DNA of 64,000 nt, from positions 62,001 to 126,000 of the forward strand of contig MCFH01000032.1 in assembly GCA_002104945.1 (NCBI GenBank), read 5' to 3'. The first letter of the stretch is position 1, and every line of letters starts with the position of its first letter. Shown here piece by piece: positions 52,983 through 64,000 of this stretch. The stretch is from Piromyces finnis finn. Its lineage: Eukaryota; Fungi; Neocallimastigomycota. The notes beneath the pieces are model-generated. The model worked only from the letters and a program-made list of their open reading frames with translations, did not search any database and had not been told where the DNA came from. The translations under genes and the position numbers were made by a program.

Positions 52983-55596
52983 TTATACACCATGAATTAT
53001 ACCGAAATTAGGTCCTTTTTGTATTTTAAGTTTTACTAAATCAATACATGTTTTAGAATCTTCATATGAATCATGACCATCTGTACCATCTTGAATAAAT
53101 CTTTGTAAATATTTATTTGCTAAATATCTTAATCCAAATCTCCACGGTAAACCCATTGGATGTGGATAGAGAAGAACGGTATCTATTACTTTTTCATGAA
53201 TTAACTGATTTTCATAATATATATATATAAATATAAATAATAAAATAATAGATGTTTTTATAGATATGTTTTACATATTAATAATGAGTCCTTTCAACAT
53301 TCATTGTTTAAAATTTATTTTAAATGATGATGACTTACTCTCAGGGCATTTAAATCATTTTCAAGTCTAAAAAAATAGTTATAATATTCGTATTTTTAAT
53401 TATTAGTTTATATATATCAAATATTAAATATTAAAAACATTTATTATACTCTATAATTATTATATTGTGTAAGAGGATTTATTTTATCTAATTTCAATTT
53501 ACCCTTGACCAATGATAATAGTATCTTTACTCATTATTTCAGCCATTTTTTCTTTTACACCATCAAGATCTAATGTAGCTGTACTTAACTCTTTAATACC
53601 AGAGTATCTTGTATTTAAATCTATGATGCAGTTATGTGGTTTACACAATTCATCAAGAACAGTATTTCCTTTCCAATCGACCACAGTTATTCTTGTTAAT
53701 TCTAAACCGCCGGTAGTATATGACTATAATGATTTAATAAATAAGATATCATTTTATATAATGAGCACTAAATTTTAATTTTTTTTCTAAATTATTTCTA
53801 TGTCATATTATGATTTTATACTATTTCTTCTCTAAACTATTTCTATGTCATATTATGATTTTATACTATTTCTCCTCTAAACTATCTCTATGCCATATTA
53901 TGGGTTTATACTATTTCTCTTCTAAACTATCTCTATGCCATATTATGGTTTTGATTTTTTGGTGTTTTTTTTTTTTTTTTTCAAATGTATTTCTATAAAA
54001 AATGAACATCATAAATTAAAATACTCTTACCATTTCGCAATCAAGAGCAACGACTTTTAACAATTTTTTATTCGATGGATCAGCATCTGGAAGTTGAGTA
54101 AATGGAATATCATCTTGTAAACCATCAAATGTTTCACATTTCCAAACGTGTGGACCCCTGGTACATCCTTCACTTCCAACAGTTCCATCACAGCAACTAT
54201 ATAAACGAACCTGAGAGTGAGGTGTTTTTCTTAACTTTCCAAAGTGATAAGAACAAGCTTCTTTTTCCTCATCGGTTAATAAAGGAACATCAGAATTCTT
54301 TTTCGGTGTAAAACGACTTTGACATCGAGCACACGTTTTAATTTTATCTTTAACCGTTGAAAATATTCTACCATAAGTTTTTGAATTATCGACAAAATTA
54401 CTTGGTGAAGAATAAGAAGGTGATCCAGGATTTCTATTTTTATTTTTATTTTCCAATTCTTCCATTTTAATTTTCTCTAATTGCGCTTTCAATATTTCTT
54501 CACGGTGATCTTTATTTGAGTTATATTCATTCAATAAGTCCATGGTTGGGTAGTTTAAGGTTTTAAATTGATCATCTTTTACTAAATAGGTTAAGAGAAG
54601 CTTATAGTCAGCTTCTGAAATACCAAAAGTTTCTTCTTCCTTCTTTATGGCTGATGGAGGTTTGTATATTCCATCAATGCCAGTATCTTGTATTGATGTA
54701 GCGATATTTCTTTGCTTAAGATGTGTTAAAATATGCGAAGCAGACACTTTATAAGTTTTCTTTGAACTTTTATCGTATAATGCCTTTTCCTGATCTATAG
54801 AATGTTGTCTTGCCAAATCTGGATTGATACTCAATATAGGTTGATATATTCTTTGAAATTCTTTAAAAAAAGTTAAAGCCATTTTTTGACGAACATTTCT
54901 TGGAATTTTACTTATGGCTGTAGGATAAATCTTTGGTATGGAACCAGGAACAATACTATTTTCATATTTCTTTTCAAATGCTTCAATTGAACTAGTAACA
55001 TCATCTTTGACATTTGTTGTTGGTAAAGAAGACGTCATTAATTTTGCATTATTTGGGCTAGTATTAATTTTTCCATAGGAAGATGAAGAACTTGTTTTAG
55101 TATGATAATTAGAAGAAACAGACACGGTGTTATTACTACTAATACTATTACTACGATATCTTTTATTATCTCTTTTTTCTTCATCCATTCTTGTTGAATG
55201 AGAGGATGAATTAGAACTATTACTATTCATACTATAATTCTTACTACGACTTAAACTAGTAAAACTTCCACTACTACTATTTCTTCCATGACCACGAACA
55301 TATCCATGATTTTCAATATCTGATTGCACATTAATTTTTTTATATGTTTTCTTTGGACTATGGTCAGCTTTGGGTGAATAATGAGGTGATTTTTTTCCAT
55401 AACTACTTATATTATTTGAATTATTATAACTAGAATAATTATTTTTTGAGTATTTATCACTATTTCCTGAATATGATTTAATTTTGATTTTTTGATTATT
55501 TCTCATTTTATTGTGAGCAAAAGGGCAAAGGTCACCCTTTTCACAATTTGGATAAAAAACACATTCAATATTGGAGAATCGAGTGGTTGGGAACAT
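52983..55596 (-). CDS. REX3: DEDDh RNA exonuclease of the REX3/REXO1 family with N-terminal CCCH zinc finger, 4 exons (55596-54031, 53723-53503, 53366-53339, 53204-52983), 678 aa
   Basis: CCCH CVFYPNCEKGDLCPFAH; REXO1-type helical block; CARC...CSYHFGK...YSCC...EGC...HVWK. The spliced exonuclease motifs are VALDCEM|SYTTGGLEL, IIGQG|LENDLNALR|LIHEKVIDT and GHDSYED. Introns are GT-AG with consistent phases; total 2037 nt. Confidence 0.9.
53781..53948. repeat. Intronic 45-bp tandem repeat, ~3.5 copies
   Basis: The unit TATTTCTATGTCATATTATGATTTTATACTATTTCTTCTCTAAAC repeats with substitutions. The spurious ORF 53810-53998 shows the 15-aa period. Confidence 0.88.
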
Positions 55597-58500
55597 TTTT
55601 TTTTCAAATGAAGTATTTCTTTTATGGGAATAATATTGTATGAATGATAGAAATCAAAAATGATAGTTTTATTTTATATATCTTTTGAGAGAAAATATAT
55701 AATAATAATACTGTGGTTGATAATAAAAAAGGGGGTGATATTAATTTTTTTTAACAATTTTCAAAAAAAAAAAAACAATTTTTCCAATGTTGTAAAATAA
55801 TATATACTTTTTTTTCTTTCTTATTAAAAAAAATTATTATAATTCTATTTAAACAAATTTTGAAAATTTGATATTGATATTTTTTTTTGTATTTTATTAT
55901 AATATTAAAATATGTATATACAATTTTTTTTTTTTTAATTTTTTTTTATTTTTTTTTTTTAATTTTTTTTTTTTTTTTTTTTTTGTATATTATATATAAA
56001 ATAGAAATAAAAAAAAAAAGGAGTGAAAAATATTTGTTTTTCTACATCTTTTTTATATTATTAACATTCTTTCTTTTAATTTCTTTGTGTTTAAAATAAT
56101 GAAAAGTCTATTATTATTATATATATAATATAAAATAAAGGTTAGTATTATAATTTTTTTATAAATTTTTTATATTTTAATATCTTTTAATATGTAAAAA
56201 AAAAAGAAAATATATTTTAATATAATTTAATAATAAAAAATTATATTATATCTTTTAATAAGAAAAAAAGAATATTTTAATTATTTTTTATAATGTAATA
56301 ATATTAATTCTATCCTCCTTGTTATCTATAGTCAATTAGTAAAATATATATATAATATATATATTTTTTTTTTTTTTTTGATATATATTATATGATTTTT
56401 CGCTATTTTAATATATTATCTTTATTGATACTATTCCATAGTCCAATCCTTTGCCATAATAATTACAAATAAAAGAAATTCTGTTTTATTTTTTTTTTCC
56501 TGAATCCTATAGTTATCATTTTAGTGTATATGTATTTTGTATTTTATATTTTATATTTGTAAATGAACTCATTTCCATTATAATAATTGGTACTATTTTT
56601 AATGAAATTTCAAATTCCTATTTCCTTTAATTTATGATTCCCTTTTACTTTTTAGTTTTACAGTAATAACTAATAAAATTTTACCTTTCATGAATTCTAT
56701 AAAAAAAATACTGAAAGAAATTATATAAAAAACAAAAGTTAAAAGAAAGTCGTCTTTTAAAGAAAACAAATAAAAGAAAGAAATAACTAAAAATATTATA
56801 AAATGACGACTAATTCGACTTAATTCATTGACATAAAAAGAATGAATTAAAAAAATAAATTCTCTTCTTTTTCATTATAAAAAAAAAAAATTTAAAAAAA
56901 AAAAGGAAAAATCATTGTTATTTATATTTTATTTTATTTTATAATAATTTCATTATTTATTCCATTATTCAAAAAAAAAAAAAAATTGCTTCATAATATT
57001 AAATAATTTAAAATAAAAATTATTATTGGTATGAAATCAATTAAAAGTAATATATGTATCATTATATTCTAATATATGGTCATTAACTAATAACTAATTT
57101 TATTGATACTATCATTTTTTTAAAAAAGTCATTTTTATTTTTTCATTTATTGTAATATACTCTAATATATTTATAAAATTATTAGATTATATATTATTTT
57201 ATACTTTAATATATTGCATCAAATGGTTAGAATTTAAATTTTTAAACTTTATAATTTATAAAAAAATTTTAAAATAATTATTCTATTGAAAATATATTAT
57301 TATATATATTATATTTAATTAAATGTATTAATATAATATATTGTAATATACATTATCCATTCTATAGAAATTAATTCTACAGAATATTCAATATACTTTA
57401 TAATATATGATGAATTGAATATAAAGACACTCTTTATATATATGTTAATATAATAATAACATATATTGGAATAAAGTTTACATAGAATACAATATACCAT
57501 TTATTTTTATTTATTTTATTCATTAGTTATTATTATAACATTTATTTAGTTTATATTTATATATTTATTTAATTTAATAGGTATCTTTCAAAGTGAAAAA
57601 GTGACACTTTGGATTTTTATGCTGCCATGCACCCATGGCACCTATTCTTTTCATTAAAAAGGTTTCCCTTGTACCAAGGTCTGTTTAAAGGATTCTTTGT
57701 GAAAAGCATTCCTAAACCTTCCTTCAACTCATTCCTACCATTATTAATAAAAATAAACGGGCATGCTATCTTTTTCCCACATCAGAAGGTAAGTTTTAGC
57801 CTTTTATTAATTAATTAAAATAGTAATTACAATAGATTATGATTCAATTATAATATATATGTAAATTTAATTAACAATATAAAATTAATTTAAAATTTCA
57901 AAAGAAATGACAAATAACTGAATAAATAATAGTATATTTAAATGTATATATTAATTAATAAATAAATAAATTTCTAACAAGACAAACAAAAAGAGCTCCC
58001 AATATCTCGTGGATAATCTAAACTTTTAAAATTTATATTAATGAATGATTCTATTAATAACTAGATAAATATAAGTGAATAATTCAATGGATAAAAAAAA
58101 TTAAATAAATGGAGAAAAAAACTTTTTTTAAAAAAAATAAATGAAAGTTAAAACATTTTAAAATTTAATTAATACACGAAAATAACAAGCACAAAAAAAA
58201 AGGTGTGTGTAGGTTCATTACAGCAAGCAATTGCAATTGCAATTAAAGGCACTAATAAATGATGGCAAATGACAAAAAAAAAAAAGGAACAATTACAAAT
58301 TTAATAAAAAAAAAAAAAAAGAAAAGAAATTTTGAATATCTTTTTATTCTAATAATTAAAATGATAATTCATTCATAAAAGAATATATAAAATTGAATAA
58401 ATGTACTGTGTGTAGGTAAAGAGGGAAAAATAAAAAAAGTTTTTATTAATTAGATCTTTTTTAAAAAAAATATATTATTATTATAATTTCACATATTTTT

Positions 58501-58779
58501 TATTCTTTTAAAAAAAAAACATTCTTTTATTATAACAATCCATTAGTTTGATTCTGAATATATGATAAAAAAGCTCTACTCTTTTTTTCAACCTTTTAAA
58601 ATAAAAAAGTAGTATTTAGTTGAGAAAAAAAACAATTATAGATTAAATTTATATATATATATTTTTTTACCTCTTTCATCTTGTTTTTCTTCTTTTCAAT
58701 CTCTTTTTCATATTGATCTCTATTAAAAAAAAAGTTTTAAATATATTTATAGATTAAAAAAAAAAAAAAAAAAAAAAGC

Positions 58780-61700
58780 ATTTATATTTATATACAATTT
58801 TTATTATGTGTTGTTACTTTAAACTTTGTAAATGTTGTTCCATCTCTGTTAATTGGATTTCATATTCTTGAATAATTTTATTTTGACTTTCAATTTTAGA
58901 TATATAACTATTGCATTTCTATAGATGATTAAAGAATAATAATAATAGTATGTGATGGTATGTGATGGTATTATTATTATTATGTTAATGATGATGATGA
59001 TGATGATTCTGTTTACTATATTTATTCTATTTATTCTTTTTACTAAGTTTACTATATTTATTCTATTTATTCTGTTTACTCTTTTTACTATGTTTACTAT
59101 ATTTATTCTATTTATTCAGTTTACTCTTTTTACTAAGTTTACTATATTTATTCTATTTATTCAGTTTACTCTTTTTACTATATTTACTATATTTATTCTT
59201 TTTACTATGTTTACTATGTTTACTACATTGATTTACCTTTTCATTTTGAATTTCTTTTTCTTTCAGTGTTTCAGTTAAGGCTTTAATTTTTTCTTTGTAT
59301 TCTATTGTATCTTTTTGATGTTGATTCTGTTTATTTTCTAATGAATTCTATTCATATTAAAACCAAAGCCAACCAAAATAATATTTTTTTTATGATTAAT
59401 ACTTTTTCTACTCAAAAAAAAAAAAAAAAAAAGACTTTTAAATAAAAAATAAGAGAGTTTTAATTACACTAATTTCTTGATTTATTTTTTTGATTTTCAT
59501 TAATTCTTTACAATATTTCTTCTTGATAAATATTTTTTCTTGATTATATAATTGCATTTGTTGTTCCAATTCCAGATTCTTCTTTCTTCATATTTGAAAA
59601 TAATAATAATTAAAAATATATAAGATTATTAATAATTATTTTCCCATAATGATTCATCATCGTCAACAAATCAATAAATCAATATTATAATCATAGTAAT
59701 AACTATTGTCTTTTTTTTTTACTTTATACTCTTATTCTTCTTTATATTAATTTCAAGGATATCATCCAATTCTTTTATCTTTTTATCCTTTTTTTCTATA
59801 TTCACTTTCAACCTATCTTTTTCATTTTCAACTTCATTTAATTTATTTTTTAAATTTGATTTTTCTTTCTCTAATTGTTCTTTATTCTTTAATGCTTCCT
59901 GTTTTTCTCGAGAGGCTAAGTCTTGAATCTTTATTTTTTTTAAAAAAAAAAAAAAAGTAATAATAATTCATCAATGTAATAAGTTAATCCTATTAGTTCT
60001 ATACATCAATGAGATCACATTTAGATAATATAAAATAATAATATGAAATTAAAAAAAATATTTCAAAAAAATTACTTTTTCAATTTCAAATTTCAAATTA
60101 TGAATTTCGATTTCATAATTTTGTTTTTGTTGAATCGAACTTTTCTTCATAAGAATTAACTAATTTATTATATACAATAAAATAATTTATACTTAAAAAT
60201 AATATTACAGATGATCACAGTAAAAAAAAAAAAAAAAAAAAAAAAGATACTAATAATAATATATTTAATGCTAAAAATAATGTTTTACCTCAGCTTGAAC
60301 ATCATTATATAATTTAATATTCTTTTTATTCACATTTTCTAATGATTTCAGTTTTTGAAAAGTTCCTTCATTTAATACATCCAATTGAATTTTTAAATCA
60401 TCAATTATTTTATCCTTATTTTTTATTGTACTAATCATATAATTTTTTATAAAAGGAAATAGGGAGAAAGGAATAAATTAATAAAATAAATCATTTTTAA
60501 AATTCTCTATTCTTTTTTTTCATTTATTTATAAATTCTACATTCTATATATATGTATATATATATACCTTTCGTGTAGAGAACACTTGTGAAGTATATCA
60601 GACATTTGTGAATCTAATTTTGATTTTTCAGTTATAACTTCCATTCTTACATTACTTAGTTCCAAACTTTAAAATAGATATGCATATGATAACTGTCAAT
60701 AATAAACATTATTAAATCTATATAAAACTTTTTTTTTATTAGATAGTTACTTATGCCTATGTGTAGTGTCTTCAATTTTAATTTTTAATTCTGAAATTTG
60801 ATTATTTAAATTATTATTTTCATTGGTTTTAACTTTTAAATCTTCTTTTAAATTTTTTATTTGCTCTTCTTGTTTATTTACCTTTTTTTTTTTTATCATT
60901 TTATAATCATGTTATGATTATATTATATATACATTTAATTTTTATTTTTATTTTATTTTGTTTCATTTTGTTTTGTTTTTCAAATAAAAAATTAGATATG
61001 TTAACATAAAAAATCAGAATAAATAGTATATATCTATGGGTGTATATATATGTCTTTTAATTTTCTTACTTTTCTTATCCATTTTGAATTTTCATTTTTT
61101 AAACTAGGATTAACACCATAATTATTACTTTCGCATGAAGGTGATGAACTATTTGATACATATGAATTTTCTATTGAATAAATGACAGATATATTATCTT
61201 TTGATTCTTCATGACTCGAATAATTGTTATTACTACTACTAAATTCTGTTGTTTTTTTATAACCTTTATTCGTATTATTGGAATGAAAAGAAAATTTATT
61301 TATTATTTCATTATAACCATGGGATGATAAATAAGAAATTTTTTTCTTCATTTCTTCATATCGTTTCAATAGTTCGTCGTCATCATCATCTCTAATACCT
61401 TTTATATTATATATATATAATTGTTATAATCAAGTAAAATTATTATGAAATATTAATATAAATTAAATAATAGATGATAACATAAATAATATTCATAATA
61501 TATTCATTAATTTCTATATTCATATTTTATATCAACGTAGTTAGAACTTTTCCTTCAATATTATTATGAATTGTAATGTTGTAATGGTATTCAAACATAC
61601 TAGTATAGGAATATAATATCATTAATTATTTTATTTTAATGCAAAAATTAATCAATTTATTCAACATTGCTTCTTTCTTATATCTTCATTTTTACCATAC

Positions 61701-62945
61701 TTTGAATCATATATTTTAAAATTAAATTATAAAACAAAAAAAAAAAAAAAAACTTTTATATAAAAAAAAAATATGCATACATATACTTTGTTCTAAGGTA
61801 TTTAATTTTTCTGTAGAGTCTTTATTCTTTATAATATTCTTGGGATAGGAAATATTATTAATGTCATATTTTGAATTCATTTTATTTGTATTATCAAAAT
61901 CAAAATTAGAAGTAAATGTAGGATTATTTTCTAATGGAATAGTATTCCTATCATAATTTAATCTATAGGTTAAATCATTCTTTGGATATTCTAGTTCATG
62001 GTCATTATAAAAATCATTATTTATGACATTGACATCTACTTTATTCAAACTTTGACTATCTTTTATTTCGCTACATATATTTGGATTAGTTGTATTGGCG
62101 TCGTCATCATTTTTAGGTTTAGTTGTTGTTTTAATGTTGTCAAAATTATTACTAGAAATTTTTGCTACATTTTTACAATTGCTTTCATTAGTGATATTTA
62201 TATTATTATCCGTTTTTCCATTTGAATTCTTATTTGTTATGAAAGAATTGGTAATTTTATCATTCCTTATTACTTCATTACTTTTTGTAATTTCCTCTTT
62301 TTTCTCTATATTAGTTTTATTCCTACTGCTTTTATGATCACTTTCAGTATTATGAAATTCTTCTTTAATATACTCTATTTTTTCAATAATTTCATCATCA
62401 TCATCATCATTAGTAGTAGTAGTAGTAGTAGTATCATCTTTTAATAATCCTTTCAACGAATGATGAAAATCCATATACTTTTCTTCATTCGCATTACTAT
62501 GCATATTTTGAGTAAATATTTCACCATGATCCTCCTTTTCTGTATTTTCACCGTGATTACATGGTATTTCTTTTTTTTTTCTTATGCCCTTTTTTAGCCC
62601 ATGAATGTAATAATAATAATAAAAATATAAGAGTAAAACTATTAAAAAAATATATATTGATTCAGTATTACACTTTATATCTCTATTTACATCATCTTTA
62701 ATATTAAAAGTTAAATCTTGAAAAGCATCATCTAGATGATTATTTTCACTATCATTTATCTGCATTATATTTGGTTAGTAGTTAATAGAAAAATAAAATA
62801 AAACCATTAGATTAACTATTTTTTATATAGAGAGGGATTAAAAAAAAAAAAAAGTTGTATTACACTAAAAAAATTATTATTCACTTCAAAATCTTTTATA
62901 TATTCCTTCCTTAATTTCTCTATATCTGCTTTTTCTTGAAAGCTA
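58780..62945 (-). CDS. Multi-exon coiled-coil/acidic protein of unknown function (exon structure only partly resolved; may extend towards the window end)
   Basis: Coding-like minus-strand segments bounded by GT/AG: FQEKADIEKLRKEYIKDFE (~62942-62884), INDSENNHLDD (after branch point TACTAAC..CAG at ~62780-62760), long N/K/E-rich exons (~62570-61790, ~61370-61060), KSLELSNVRMEVITEKSKLDSQ (~60670-60570) and heptad-rich IQDLASREKQEALKNKEQLEKEKSNLKNKLNEVENEK (~59930-59730). Confidence 0.6.
59009..59225. repeat. Degenerate tandem repeat (TTTACT-based units: TTTACTATATTTATTCTATTTATTC, TTTACTCTT, TTTACTATG)
   Basis: Seen directly; it generates the spurious FTIFILFI ORF 58952-59278. Probably intronic. 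Confidence 0.8.
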
Positions 62946-64000
62946 TTGAATACAAAATAATATGGAATTACTATTAATAAATACTTGATATAAATATATT
63001 TATTATTAATGTTTCTTTTTTTTTCGTTTATTTATTAATTTGATATTTAATGATTAAATACTTTTGATGTAGCATTTTTTAAAAACAAACTAGACTTTTA
63101 AAAAAGTTTGATATATATATATAAATATATATAAAATTAAATTAAAAGAAAAACGAGTATTAAAATTATATTTTCAGCAGCAACAGAAAAAAAAAATAAA
63201 ATGTTTATATACTTTTTAAAAAAAAAAACTTTATAATAAAAAAAGTTTAATTTATAAATTTTCTTACTTAAAAAAAAAAAAAGAGACTAGTTATTCAATG
63301 AATAAAAGTATATCTGATCCTATAATTACAAAATTAAATAGACGTTAATTTAGTTTATTCCTTTCAATTGATAATAATGAATATATGAATATTATTATAC
63401 TAACTAACACTTTTCTTTCTTTTTATAAAAAAAATAAAACTTTAAACAAATTGAATTCTTCTTTTCTTTCTTCAATATTTAATTAAAAAAAAAAAAATTA
63501 ATTAAAAAAAATGGTAGATACATTTTTTTTTTTATTGGTTTTTCAATATATAATAAATTATTTATTAAGCTACATGAAAACTTTATTTAAATGGGATTTT
63601 GATGTCTTCTTTCTTTTAAAAAAAAAAAAGATAAAATACAATAATAAAATAGATATTTTTTAAAAAAAAATAAACGTTAACACCAATAAGTAATAAATAA
63701 AAAAAAATATTGTTTTTTATACATTCTTCTCTATACTTTAAAAAAAAATAATACAATAAGTCATCTTTCTCCATAAAATTATCACTATCTTTGCACTTTC
63801 ATTTTCATTTCTTTCATTTTCATTAAAAAAAAAATAGTCAAAGTTTTTTTCTTTTATTTTCACTTTTTCATAAACATAAATTTTATATAATGAATTTAGA
63901 ATTATTAGGTAAAATTTAAACAATTATTAAATTCTCTTTATACATAGTAACTTTTAATAATTTTTTAAAAAAATACATTCTAATAAATGTTACTTTAAAA

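Noticed and set aside
57770-57795. U1 snRNA 5' end (ACTTACCT on the minus strand)
   Set aside because: It is simply the reverse complement of an AGGTAAGT donor-like site. No U1-70K loop, U1A loop or Sm site follows.

Overview
Very AT-rich eukaryotic genomic DNA with long A/T homopolymers and GT-AG spliceosomal introns. The fungal-type proteins, composition and LINE type point to an anaerobic gut fungus (Neocallimastigomycota; inference). I rebuilt 11 protein-coding loci by hand, several missed or fragmented by the ORF track: the 3' end of a membrane protein gene, a WW-domain protein, a 3-exon LAMTOR5/HBXIP (Ragulator) orthologue, a 1138-aa probable transcription factor (Crinkler/SSK1-type ubiquitin-like header plus WRKY/GCM1-type module), a PKA catalytic subunit with a very long N-terminal arm, VTC4 polyphosphate polymerase, a full-length membrane-anchored SREBP, 6-exon GOT1, a secreted Cys-rich/acidic protein, a REX3/REXO1 exonuclease and a multi-exon coiled-coil protein. 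Intergenic DNA holds at least two decayed LINE relics, a homogeneous 10x61-bp minisatellite and several intronic minisatellites. The most striking signal is a VTC4 whose catalytic residues are intact but whose SPX domain appears to have lost the whole inositol-pyrophosphate-binding surface. No rRNA, tRNA or CRISPR array is supported. Family assignments come from recalled motifs, not database searches.
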